This document shows positions 45,451 to 58,069 of a stretch of 64,000 nucleotides of DNA, piece by piece (the first letter of the stretch is position 1; each line of letters starts with the position of its first letter). The stretch is taken from the NCBI GenBank assembly GCA_051530055.1, contig CM121343.1:3008389-3072388 (forward strand), given 5' to 3'. Under the pieces are notes generated by a model. That model was given only the letters and a program-made list of their open reading frames with translations, was not told where the DNA came from and ran no database searches. This DNA comes from Neoechinorhynchus agilis. Lineage: Eukaryota; Animalia; Acanthocephala. Both the position numbers and the translations under genes were made by a program.

Positions 45451-46327
45451 ATGCCGCTCCCACCTTCCCTGGCCAATAAGCTTGCGAAACGAGGTATTAT
45501 AAACCCGTTTAATGTCTCGGATGACGAAGAGCCAACTCCTGTGCCTCCTCGTATGGATCTGATCGAGGTTGAACCTGTAACTCTTTGTCCTGATCGCTGT
45601 AAACCTTACCACCGTTGTTTGGAATATTGCTCCAGGAGGTTGGTTTGTGTAGGTTTTATGGCATTAAAACTTTTTCTCCATGTGATTGCTTAACAGATAC
45701 GGATTGGTGCCATTTTGCCCGGATGAAAAAAATGAGAGGCGGAGGAAGCGGAGCTTGATTCTTTATCCCTTACCGTCGAACTGGCGACAGATTGGCGATC
45801 CCAGAACGTTCGTTTCACTTTTATTTCGCGTTTTTAATGCGGCTTTAGTAATCGATGCTACTATTGGGATACGGAAACGGATATGGTTTCTTGGCTGCCT
45901 CCTAATCATCCACGAGCTAATATATGTCAAAGTAACCGCCAGCGTGGTCCCGAAGATGGAATTGTAGCTCAAGCTGCTCCCGTCCATAATCAGAACGCCA
46001 TAAGACAAATGCGAAGCGAAAAAAAGGTTCGGCATTTCAGTTTTTGTACGGTAGCTAATTTAGGCTTTAAAGGATCAGATCAAAAGAATGATCGGGGGAA
46101 AGGATAGTCGGTTCAGTACCAAATCCAAAAGCAATATTGACCCCATGGATCCTTCCTCATACTCCGATGTACCTCTCGGAGGATGGTCTGATGGCCTTGA
46201 TTGCAAAGTTAAGACAGGCGTGGATGACACGGTCAGTGGTCCATTATTTCAATCGAGACCATATCCTAACCCGGGACAAGTCATAAGAATGAACGCCAAA
46301 AATCTAAAAAAGAGCGATTCAAACTGA
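45451..46327 (+). CDS. PQBP1: Polyglutamine-binding protein 1 (WW domain, C-terminal YxxPxxVL motif)
   Basis: Introns 45639-45696, 45808-45848 and 46027-46063. MPLPPSLANKLAKRGII, WW domain LPSNWRQIGDPRTNRCYYWDTETDMVSWLPP, DPMDPSSYSD, GVDDTVSGPLFQSRPYPNPGQVIRMN. Confidence 0.93.
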
Positions 46328-46405
46328 TAATTTCTCAGAAGATAAATATTAGTAGAAACTCATATTTGAATTGGAGATGCTTTTATCATAATCCTCCAGA
46401 TCGCA

Positions 46406-46515
46406 AAATATTTTATTGAGAGATATTTCGAAAGAGGGAGCCGCTAACACTTATAACAAACAAAAACCAATGAATCGATGTTTTCTCTTTCGAAATTTCT
46501 CTCAATATAATATTT
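46406..46515. repeat. Fold-back (MITE-like) inverted repeat
   Basis: About 31-bp arms AAATATTTTATTGAGAGATATTTCGAAAGAG and CTCTTTCGAAATTTCTCTCAATATAATATTT. Confidence 0.8.
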
Positions 46516-46697
46516 GATAATTACTTCAGTCATCTCGAGGGATTTTCCCTTGACGATCGTATTGGAATAAACATTTTTTAATGGAAGATTCGATCGGTAT
46601 TTAGATGAGATCTTAAAAATTCTTTAAATGGGGTCCCCTCATGGCGAAGTATTAAGTGAAACTAAATGTCAAACTGGAATTATTGTTCAGAATAAAC

Positions 46698-46737
46698 AAA
46701 CTGATGATGAACCCGACGAGGTTCGCAGAACGTCTTT
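46698..46737 (+). ncRNA. Decayed PLE-type minimal type I hammerhead ribozyme
   Basis: AAA CTGATGA T GAACC CGACGA GGTTC GCAGAAC GTC TTT. Core CUGAUGA, stem II GAACC/GGUUC, GUC site and stem I AAA/UUU are present, but the GAAA segment is disrupted. Confidence 0.55.
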
Positions 46738-47184
46738 AATCGAAAAAAATCTTTTACTGCGGGTGTAGACTTCTAAACAATAATTCTAATCACATTCCCC
46801 GGTACCTCCTCACATATCGAAATTTTTGAATGTCAAACGATCTTGGAAACCCCTTAACTAACAAATAGACATTTCTTGTTCGACTCTTGGTCATGCAAAC
46901 AAAATTGGATGTTCTCTACGTGAGGACACATTTCTCCAGAGCTCATCGTCTATTTTCCATCAAAATTAAAGTCGATATCAGTGTACATGCTGTTTTTTAT
47001 TTTTTGAACTTTATGCTCCATATCTTTAATGTTGGTCATTTTTGGCAAGTCGATGCTAAAAACTTAATTTGAATCAAGTTCTAACTTGATAACAACACTT
47101 ATTCATGTCAATAGTTTCAATTTTTACAAAAACGTGTTTTTATTTATTATCAAGGCCTCATACACTCTTGTTAGTTTGTGACCT

Positions 47185-47472
47185 CTTTTTTGGCCCCTTT
47201 CGGCGGGTTTTTTTATTATTGAAGAGTCGACCCTAAAACCCGGGATTCCGGCGTAGGGACGGATTCAGGACAGAACTTTCACACAACGGAGGCGCTAAGC
47301 CGCTCTCGAAGAGGCAGGGCCAACCCCCTTTGGGGCGGATGGGTGATCCCAAACTTAATCCCAACCCTTTCAGCTGCCTCGCACACCCGTGGAACCCAGC
47401 GACCGGTGGCGTTGAACCTTCGACATGTCAAGCGCATTATGAACGCGCACACCACACGGCCACTGGGCCCCC
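47185..47472 (-). mobile_element. tRNA(Met-CAT)-headed SINE-like element, family 2
   Basis: Minus strand has A-box-like TGGCCGTGTGG, anticodon arm GCGCG-TTCATAA-TGCGC and a degenerate GGTTCAAC T-loop. The about 120-bp core (47287-47404) is homologous to 30527-30646. A-rich 3' end. Confidence 0.6.
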
Positions 47473-48879
47473 AAAAGGCGTGTGTCAACCAACAGTTCGC
47501 TAATAACACCACTAATTTATGGATTTTTTAGATAAGACAGCATATCGCTTTATTTGCCGCCCTAAACTTAAAATAGAAATATCGTCGACTGCTTTCTTAG
47601 TCGCATGCTCTTCTTTTGATTATCTTTATTTTAGCACTATATGCGATTTTAACGAGATGTTTTATTTTGGACCAATATTTCGGAGTTTACCCTTTTTTCG
47701 GGATCTTCCAAAACCCACGATCTAGAGAGGAAGTTAATACACGGTAATTGAGGTGGCTAACTCATCTCTCCGGTTCAAGACCATAAATCGTCTCACGTTG
47801 ACAGTCTCCTCAGTCCCACCTTTCACCTCTTGCGTGAAGAGCACTGCTTCCGCAAGCAAAACTTCCAATGAATCTCCTCTTGCTTGGTACTTCATAACCG
47901 TCGAAAGTTTGAACCCTTGACCTGGGCGGAACCTTCAGTGGAGTTTGAACCATCATGTCGAAGGAGTAAAACTCCGAAATTTTGGTTTTAAATAAAGCAC
48001 TCCGTAGTGCTAAAATAAAGATAATCAAAATGTAAAGGTTTAGAAAATTATGCACAATGTCATGTTTAATCATTTTTAATTCTGAGTTGTTTTTTAATTT
48101 AGATTTGTGCTTGCCGAATCACTTATTCCCGTTATCCTTTATATACACGGCTGTAGAAAACAGTAGATTCTTAAACTACACTTGAACGTTAATACAGTAA
48201 CGACTAAGTTGAGACGCCTTTGGTTAAATACAGTCCCCCCAAGGGCTATTTATAAACCTTACGGGAGTCTCTTAATCTATTTCATTAGTTATTGAAATGG
48301 TATCATCCTTAGGCATTGCGTTTTGATCATTTAATTTAGATATAACTTTGTTCGCGAATACATCAACTCGGATTATGCTCTAGAGCACTGTCTTTTTATC
48401 CAATATGTACATTTTAGTGATCTATCGATCAGATTTGATCTCCGGTACCTTTTATAGCGCTTTCTTTATTTGTATTTGTGGAAAAGCAGAACATAACTGC
48501 GGAATTTAAGGTCACCGCACGTGAATTGAAAAAACTTTCCCATGTATTTTAACGCAAGAAAAATGTCCAATGGCAGAGATTATAGCCTTTACGACGAAAA
48601 GATCTACTTCTTTTTAGCGAATTCTAATAATTGATTTATTTGATAATTTTCGACCTTCGCGTAGGCCTTTTTGGAATAACGAATAACGCTGGAAAATATT
48701 TATCGACTTACCACCTATTAAATACTGTTTTACGCATTCAATTTTTCCGAATCAACGTTTGCAAACAAAGTGATTTTTATCGCGAAACGTTTGCTTATAA
48801 TTGTTTAAAACTTTTGAAGTCGAGTTGCGCTTGTAATACACAAGCAGTGAGGATAATGACATTCTACATAATTAATTGG

Positions 48880-49290
48880 GGAACCGCAGTGTCCCTGAGA
48901 CTTGGGGTATCGATGTGTACATTCCATCGCTACCGTTACGGAGCGACCGTGGAACCATAGGGACGCCAAGGTCTCGTTTGTCGGCAGTCAGGCGACACGC
49001 CGAAGTGAACGCAATTCTTAGTCGTGCCTTGAATACTGTGAATGCGTCCAACATCCTAAAGCCGAACAATCTTTGCGGGCTCGATGGGAACCGTAGCTGA
49101 GGAACGCAAAAAGACAAAATACACGGGCTTGGGTCGAAATCATTATTTCGTTCCCTTTGGCGTTGAGACACTCGGTTCGTTTGGCACCGCAGTGTAAGAC
49201 CTCATGAAACAATTGTCGAAGAGACTGATACGTCCTCCTACAAAACATAAGCCTGGCTGTGCAACGGGACGAAACGCTGCATTTATTGCT
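48880..49290 (+). mobile_element. Second, more decayed CRE-clade fragment
   Basis: AVSLRLG...RHAEVNAILSRAL...NLCGLDG...YFVPFGVETLGSFG, homologous to 12880-13420. Confidence 0.75.
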
Positions 49291-49484
49291 TCGACCATTA
49301 GACCAATAAGGCAGCTGAGTGATCCAGAGCGGTGTCGTAAATGATTATCCAAACATTTATCAATTTCACATTAAGCTAATAACTGAATGAACAAAAATCG
49401 CTAAATATGTGCTTTTAATTTGATAACTGCTCCAGGCTCATACATGACTGTCTCAACTGCGCTTGTTGTTAATATGCCCTTTGC

Positions 49485-52400
49485 TCACTTCTTTTTCTGT
49501 TCAAGGTTCCATTGTTTGAAGACAGTACTCATGCCAGGATGGCTTGAGTGTTCAGAGATATGGTTTTCGTCTTCTTCCTCCTCAGCACTGACTGAAGGAG
49601 CTACATTAAGGCTCCTATCATCGCTGCCCGCAGCTTCTCCTGAATTGGAATCGACAATAGCTTGTGTAACAAGCATACTGTCAATAGCATTTACTTCATC
49701 CGGGCTCATAGTTTCCACGGTATCGACCATAAATACGCCCGACTTCTTCTCAATAATGCTTGTAGACAAACTACGATCTTCCGATGTAAACGGTGGAGGT
49801 AGTGAGTCTACTGGATTGAACGTGTTCATCACTAATGCGCCATCAGAACTGGTATGACCCATTGTGCGTTGATGTAGGACAGGATCAACTGTAGATGATT
49901 GAACCAGAGTACTGCCCGAGCGCGACGATATTAGACATGCGAAATCATCGCTCAACCCGCTCAGAATGCCATGCATATCACTCCTGGAATTCTCGTTTTC
50001 AGCGTCTAAATAATTTAATATGTGAAGCGAATTAGGACAGAAGAGAGATTATTTTCAACGATACCCGAAATAGCACCTTTATAATATTGACATTCGGACA
50101 TGAGAGCAAATTCACTTGAACTATGCTCCTGAATCGATTCCAAGGCTAAAACAGAAATTGATATATGCAAAGATGCTACTATTGAAACAAAAAACGACAT
50201 CCAAATTCTATATAATTACAACAGGCATTTTATTGGCATTGAAAGACATTTTTGAGCAAAACGACAAAGCACAATAATAAGACGACAAATTTTACTTGGT
50301 AGATATGGGAATAGGCCCCGTACTGGCGTGTCGGTCCCATCACTACAAGTTTCCTCATCATCCTCACTAGCTGACGAGCATCCATCATCTGACCCACCAA
50401 AAGTATTTATAAACATGTCTATGATTCTGCTTCTAAATAAAGTTCTCACCTTCGCAAATTTGATCAGCAGCTGCCAAACTCGTATCTAAATTGATAGGAT
50501 ACAAGCTTTCGAATAAGAAAAGTACTCTACCTGTATCAGGACTATGTTCATTTGTGGAGCGTTTTTCATCGGAATCTTGACAAATTAGACAGCAATGTGA
50601 AGTTATAAAAACCCATAGATTTGCTAACCTGCGCTGCAGAATTTAATTTCAGTAGATTTCAACTGGCTTTCCTGGCAGCGACTATCGTCAAATGAGCTTT
50701 CTTTTATTACAGCAGGTAACCTTTCGTGATCTTTAAAGACATCGTATGATTGAATTCTTGAGAAAAGTACACGAACCTTGGATAGACTTCGCTTCCATTG
50801 TAGTTTGTTCGTCTTTGCTATCTTCACTATGAGTTGTATCAGATATTCTCGTGTGCTGTAACATCTAAACAAGAGATATGAGTATACCAACCGAGTTTTG
50901 GTTTTCTAATGAATCCAATCATCTATCGATGACCATACTTACTGATTTCTCTCGCAAATCTTCACAAATCATTTTTGTTTGAAATCCATACAAATGTTTC
51001 ATGGTCCCGTCAATGCTGGAAATATCATCTATATTCGCGTTGTCTATTGTAGATTCCTCTTTTTGGTCGCATATCGACTTTTCATCAATTTCCTCGATTG
51101 ATTTAGACGAAGAACTGTCATTAAGTGTAACGTCTAGGGCACTTGTCAGCTCATCTGGCTCGACTGCCTGAAAAACGATTTCATTTTTGACATCTACACT
51201 TGATTCGACTAAATTATATCCTGCCGATTTCGGTTCCTCGTCAATGCACTGCGCTTCTTTATTGGAGCATTCTACAGATGCATTATCCAAGTTCGATTTA
51301 GTTGTTTCACCTGATAACGGCTTATCGTTTGTCAAGAGACTCTTCATCCATGAAGTGATTTCGCAATTTAATCCTTTTTTCAAACGCTCAACTAACGCAG
51401 CATTATTATAACCCTGACGAGCCTCATCAGTTTCATCTTCCAAAGCGACTAGCGCCCGTTCTGAAATCCCATCGTTGACTTTTTGCTTGTCAATTGGCAT
51501 GCTTAGTTCAACTTTGGATTGCACTGATCCACAAAGCAATTCATTACTCAGCTTATCAACATCACAGCTGCTCATTTGACTTTCTTTTTTCAAGGCATTT
51601 TCATCAGAATCAATTAACTTTTCATCCTCTAGATGTTCAGCCATGTTAATGAGTCCATTTGGAGACACATCCGCAGTGGTCGATGGCGATGCGTTACTGC
51701 GTGATGGAACATAAGATGGACAAACGTTATCTTCCTCTTCTCTCAGGACACCGAATGATTGCTGATCGATGCCTTCAGAGATAGTCGGTAACTTAGCTCC
51801 GTCAAATTCCTTTATTTCATTGACTTCTTCACTTACAATGATTTCACCTAAAGGATTCACGGTAACTGATTGACAAATAGAGAAAAAAAGCACCGATTTC
51901 ACTAGGTGATGTATCCAAAAGCATCGCTTCGGGAATATTGCTATTAGTGTCACTAATAACAGTTGATGATGAAAACGACGAATCTACAAGCATAGCCTTT
52001 GGAACTTGTGATTCGTAGCTGGAGTTTATGTCTTCCTCTAAATGGTTATGACCTGTAAAATGATAGGATTTCAACATTTTAGCATACGCACCCATCACTG
52101 GTTGAGGATCTAACACATTGGAATTAAGTTGCTCATCGTAAGAAACAATTTGCTGGACATCACCCGTGTTTTCGGGAACTTCCCCGTGGTCCTTACGTGG
52201 TTCCACTAAAGTTTTTACCAAGTCATAACATGCTTCTTTGCTACTTTCAACTGCATTTTGACTAGCAACCGGCTTCTTGCTCGCAATGTTTACTTCAGGT
52301 TCAACGTGACGCTCGACCGGCACTGAGGCTTTAGCCTTTTCGGTAATATTCTTTTTGCGGATCGTTAGTGGCTTTCGGAGTGGGTCAACCACAGACTCCT

Positions 52401-53124
52401 TTTTCTCAGTTTTATTGCTATGTTTTACATTGACCGGTCGAGACCCGCTGGCTTGGACGATAGCTCGCTTAGGCTGGGCTGTAAAAGGTGGACGCTCAGT
52501 TGCTTTCTTATTAGCATGTACGTCCTTCGCCGAGGACAAATTAGACGAATGAACAAAACGCTTTGGTTTAAGCTCCTGTTTCTCGATACTCTCCTTAACA
52601 TGAGGATTTTTAGCAGTTAAATTTGATGTTCCACGTGGAATTGGAAACTTCGAAGACTTTGGAGCGGTCTTGCCGGTTGTAGCATGAGACTCACATTTCA
52701 TCCTGCTGCTAGTACCAGTCATCGCTCGACTACTACTCATTACAGGCTTCTGTAAATGACCCAGGGCATCTTTTCGAGATCTACTTGAAGCAGTTTCTGC
52801 ATGAATGGTTGATAGATTTCTGGCATTAGTGGTATGCAGAACTTGGTTTCCTTTATTACGGACCACATCATTATTGCAGCCGACCGAAGACCCAGATGAA
52901 GCCGTAGCTGCTGCCGCTGCTTTAGAGCTGCTGTTGTTCACCGTTCTAGTGTTAGTAAGTACTTTACGGCCATTGGGAGGAACGTGGTCAGTTGGACGAG
53001 GCACCTTCTGAAGGCGGTTGGTACTCTGCATCTCTGAAAAGAAAACGGGATCCGGAGATGGTTCCCCGGTTGTAGCACGTGAAAATGAGGAGGATATGCG
53101 CGTACCACGCACAATGCGCGTCAA
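49485..53124 (-). CDS. Large multi-exon low-complexity Ser/Thr/Glu/Lys-rich protein of unknown family
   Basis: Long consecutive minus-strand ORFs (51844-53124, 50919-51953, 50624-50890, 50216-50449, 49485-49976). A 28- or 37-nt GT-AG intron ending at 51866 joins the first two in frame. Start codon and the other junctions are uncertain. Confidence 0.6.
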
Positions 53125-53412
53125 TATGCAGCCTTATCGATTGAAACGGCAACACACGAGATGCTTGGCACACCTTCCCTGTAAGCTTCGAACGTCACAA
53201 AGTGGAGCGTGCCGCCAGTGCGATCACCGGATTCGCAAGCCCACGTTGGCGCGAAAAACGCGGCCATAAATACGCGCGGGCACGCTGGGGGGAGGGTTAC
53301 GCGAATTTGAACCGCTTTTGCCAGCGATCTTTTGTTGGATCAAGTTTAGTCACTTTTAGGGGACGATGAAACCATCAAAATATGCCAACGATAAAAGATT
53401 GACCAATCATAC

Positions 53413-56162
53413 GTAGAAATGAGCGGCGAAATATTTCAAAGAAAACGAAGACTGCTTTGGGGGCTATAAAGACTGATTGAAGAGTATCGAAACAAGAATC
53501 GATCGTTGATAATATCCTTCTCCGAACATTTTAAAGGTTTTAGGCAATCACAAGTTTAAGTAGAAATGAGCGGCGAAATATTTCAAAGAAAACGAAGACT
53601 GCTTTGGGGGCTATAAAGACTGATTGAAGAGTGTCGAAACATGAATCGATCGTTGATAAAATCCTTCTCCGAACATTTTGAAGGTTTTAGGCTATTACAA
53701 GTTCAAGTAGAGATGAGCGGTGAAATATTTCAAAGAAAACGAAGACTGCTTTGGGGGCTATAAAGACTGATTGAAGAGTGTCGAAACACGAATCGATCGT
53801 TGATAAGATCCTTCTCCGAACATTTTAAAGGTTTTAGGCGATTACAAGTTCAAGTAGAGATGAGCGGTGAAATATTTCAAAGAAAACGAAGACTGCTTTG
53901 GGGGCTATAAAGACTGATTGAAGAGTGTCGAAACACGAATCGACCGTTGATAAGATCCTTCTCCGAACATTTTAAAGGTTTTAGGCAATTACAAGTTCAA
54001 GTAGAGATGAGCGGTGAAATATTTCAAACAAAACGAAGGCAGGTTTGCGGGCTATAAAAACTGGTTGAAGAGTGTCGAAACACGAATCGACCGTTGACAA
54101 TATCCTTCGCCGGACATTTTAAAGGTTTTAGGCAATTACAAGTTTACGTAGAAATGAGCTACGAAATATTTCAAGGAAAACGAAGACTGCTTTGGGGCTA
54201 TAAAGACTGATAGAATAGTTTCGAACCATGAATCGACCGTTGATAAGATCTTTCTGTTAAGATTGGGAAGATTTTAGGCTGTTACAAGTTTACGTAGAAT
54301 TGAGGGGCAAAATATTTCAAAGGAAATGAAGATGGCTTCAGGGGTTATTGAGACTGATAGAAGAGTGTCGAAAAATGAATCCATCGTTGATAAGATCTTT
54401 CTGTTAAGATTTGGAAGATTTTAGGCTATTACAAGTTTCGGTAGAAATTAGCGGCGAAATATTTCAAAAAAAACAAAGACTGCTTTTGGGGCTATAAAGA
54501 CTGATTGAAGAGTATCGAAACATGAATCGATCGTTGATAAGATCCTTCTCCGAACATTTTAAAGGTTTCAGGCAATCACAAGTTTAAGTAGATATGAGCG
54601 GTGAAATATTTCAAAGAAAACGAAGACTGCTTTGGGGGCTATAAAGACTGATTGAAGAGTGTCGAAACATGAATCGATCGTTGATAAGATCCTTCTCCGA
54701 ACATTTTAAAGGTTTTAGGCAATCACAAGTTTAAGTAGAGGTGAGCGGCGAAATATTTCAAAGAAAACGAAGACTGCTTTGTGGGCTATGAAGACTGGTT
54801 GAAGAGTGTCGAAACACGAATCGATCGTTGATAAGATCCTTCTCCGAACATTTTAAAGGTTTTAGGCAATTACAAGTTTAAGTAGAGGTGAGCGGCGAAA
54901 TATTTCAAACAAAACGAAGGCAGGTTTGCGGGCTATAAAAACTGGTTGAAGAATGGTTAAGCATGAATCGATCGTTGATAAGATCCTTCTCCGAACACTT
55001 TGAAGGTTTTGGGCAATTTCAAGTTTAAGTAGAAACGAGCGGCGAAATATTTCAAAGAAAACGAAGACTGCTTTGTGGGCTATGAAGACTGATTGAAGAG
55101 TGTCGAAGGATGAATCGATCGTTGATAAGATCTTTCTGTTAAGATTAGGAAGATTTTAGGCAATTACAAGTTTACGTAGAAATGAGCATCGAAATATTTC
55201 AATGAAATTGAAGGTGCCCTTAGAGGTTATAGAGACTGATTGAAGAATGTCGAAACACGAATCGATCGTTGATAAGATCCTTCTCCGAACATTTTAAAGG
55301 TTTTAGGCAATCACAAGTTTAAGTAGAGGTGAGCGGCGAAATATTTCAAAGAAAACGAAGACTGCTTTGTGGGCTATGAAGACTGATTGAAGAGTGTCGA
55401 AACATGAATCGATCGTTGATAAGATCTTTCTCCGAACATTTTGAAGGCTTTAGGCAATCTCAAGTTTACGTAGAAATGAGCGGCGAAATATTTCAAAGAA
55501 AACGAAGATTGCTTTGGGGGTTATGAATACTGGTAAAAGAATGATGAAGCATGAATCGACCGTTGATAAGATCTTTCTGTTAAGATTGGGAAGATTTTAG
55601 GCTGTTACAAGTTTACGTAGAATTGAGGGGCAAAATATTTCAAAGAAAACGAAGACTGCTTTGAGGGTTATGAATACTGGTAAAAGAATGATGAAGCATG
55701 AATCCATCGTTGATAAGATCTTTCTGCTAAGATTGGGAAGGTTTTAGGCAATTACAAATTTACGTAGAAATGAGCGGCGAAATATTTCAAAGAAAACGAA
55801 GACTGCTTTGATGCTATAAAGACTGATTGAAGAGTGTCGAAACATGAATCGACCGTTGATAAGATCCTTCTCCGAACATTTTAAAGGTTTTAGGCAATTA
55901 CAAATTTACGTAGAAATGAGCGGCGAAATATTTCAAACAAAACGAAGACTGCTTTGATGCTATAAAGACTGATTGAATAGTGTCGAAACATGAATCGACC
56001 GTTGATAAAATCCTTCTCCGAACACTTTGAAGGTTTTAGGCAATTACAAGTTTAAGTAGAGATGAGCGGTGAAATATTTCAAACAAAACGAAGACTGCTT
56101 TGAGGGCTATAAAGACTGATAGAAGCGTGTCGAAACACGAATCGATCGTTGATAAGATCTTT
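53413..56162. repeat. 147-bp satellite, about 19 copies, two subtypes
   Basis: GTAGA[A/G]ATGAGCGG starts at 53413, 53560 and 53707 (period 147). Subtype blocks ATCCTTCTCCGAACATTTTAAAGG versus ATCTTTCTGTTAAGATTGGGAAGA. Confidence 0.97.
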
Positions 56163-58069
56163 ATGCGAATATGGTATATATTTGGCTGGAATGTGGATGA
56201 ACGCCCTTTCCACCGCATTTCCGATCGAATAAGCCTTCGTCTGCGATGCTCGGTGTGCTCCCATTGTGCGACGCGTTCGTCTTGTCGGTATTGTAGAATG
56301 GGGGCGGCGGCGGCGGTGGTGCTGGTGGTGGTGGTGCTGGTGGTGAATTCGCAGCGCTAAGAGAAGCTTCATTGGTGCCCGCGTGGCGTCTGTATGCGTG
56401 CAATGAGAAAACACTGGGTCTCAAGCTAAGAGGGGGATGGGCGGCGACGTAGTATTTCTCATACAGCACCACAGGTCGCCTATTTGCATAACCCGATCGT
56501 CGTCGGAGTCATAGCACTCTCTCGAACCTGGTCCACACGACCATACACCGCTTTAGTCCACAGATCGTCTATTCAGCAGGCTCAAAGTACTTGTCTTTTG
56601 TAGACGTCTATCAACCGCCTTTCGAAATTGGGATTGTAGAACAGTTTTTGGTGAAATGTCCGACAACACAGTCCTATCTGGGATTTATCATTATTAATCG
56701 TACATAAAAATGTCACTGTGAAGTATTCTATACTTCTTCACCGATCATTTTGTTTTCATTGACCGAGCAATGCCATCCGATTTACAAACGTGTTATTTCT
56801 GGATCCTTTATAATTACAACACAAATTATTCCATTCTAGAAATATAACTTAATTTTCAGCATGATATATATATCGTTTTTTTAATTAACATCTTAATCTC
56901 ATCTTCCTTTTTGAACGTCTTCCTTATGATTTCATTAATTCAGTTGACGAAAACAGCGCTGATTTTATTGTCGTCTTTAGAATCCTACATCACAAATTTA
57001 CACACGATATCGATTTTAGATCATAAACAACATTGTTACGCAAATATCATAAATGATCATTAAAACGAACTGGAACAATAGAGTCGATCATTCTTGGAAA
57101 CTTGGTTTAGCATGCTTATTTCGCTATTTTAATTCACCTGAAGCAGTCTTGCGCAATCTAACGCATTTGGTAATTTTAAAGGAGGGTTATTACTGTTCGC
57201 TAATTTTAAAATAACTTTTAATTGGACACGAACCCCAACGGCGTTGGAGGGTTTCCTCTGGCGGCAAAATCTGGGTCATTTTCTCGCCTTACAGATGATC
57301 ATCTTCATTCTGTGCTATGAATCATTGTGACAAATTTTGACTCAAACATATCAAAACTTATTTTCCCCCGAAAAACAACTAAAGACATCTCTTTAATAAG
57401 ATAAACATCGGATGGTGAATACGCCAATTACAGAAAATAAACTGTTTCAAATTTTTAAATTCCATTTTTAATTTTCGCGTGCTCCGCGAAATTTAAACCA
57501 AAATCAAGTTTGGCTCGCATATTATGAAAGGTTGGGCACCACTGATTTAAGGATAGCGATATTCTAAGCTTTTGAATTTGCGTTTTCAGATTGTCTTTAT
57601 CGATTTAATTCACTGCACCGCTGTTGCGCCTGCGTTTTTCTTGTAAACTTGAATAGTTTTCACACTCGATTTTGTGTGTGAGTTGTTTATTCAATGCAAT
57701 GAAAAATCACAGTCAAAATCTCTTGACTACATATCATCCCGTAATCTTAAATATGATCTAAATTTCGTCGCGAATAAATTGGTCATAAGTTAGGAATTTT
57801 TGAAAAGAAAATTAATTTAATTATATTCGCAGCACCAATTACGATGCAGCGCTGCGCGGTCAGTTTTACTCCTGTGACCGCCAGTCGTTTCTATCATTCG
57901 ACGGCCCAATTCTTCGCGTAGTTTAAGAGTCGATTCCTCGAGTGTTCCATATTTCTCGACCCCAATGGCACGAAATCGTGGTAATATCGTACTTTTATTT
58001 ACAACATGTTTTTAAAATTGATATTCGAGTTCTTTTGACCCCATGCAGCAATTCACAAAAAACTATAAT

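Noticed and set aside
47191-47215. Rho-independent terminator-like hairpin plus T-run
   Set aside because: Eukaryotic context; better explained as the 3' stem-loop and A-tail of the minus-strand SINE.
47228-47245. CCCTAAAACCC as a telomerase RNA template or telomeric seed
   Set aside because: A single short match inside a SINE-like element with no supporting structure.
47400-47472. Functional tRNA-Met gene
   Set aside because: The anticodon arm is good, but the T-stem, D-stem and acceptor stem have several mismatches.
57530-57548. hAT-like terminal inverted repeat (reverse complement CAGTGGTGCCCAACC)
   Set aside because: No matching partner end or 8-bp TSD was found nearby.
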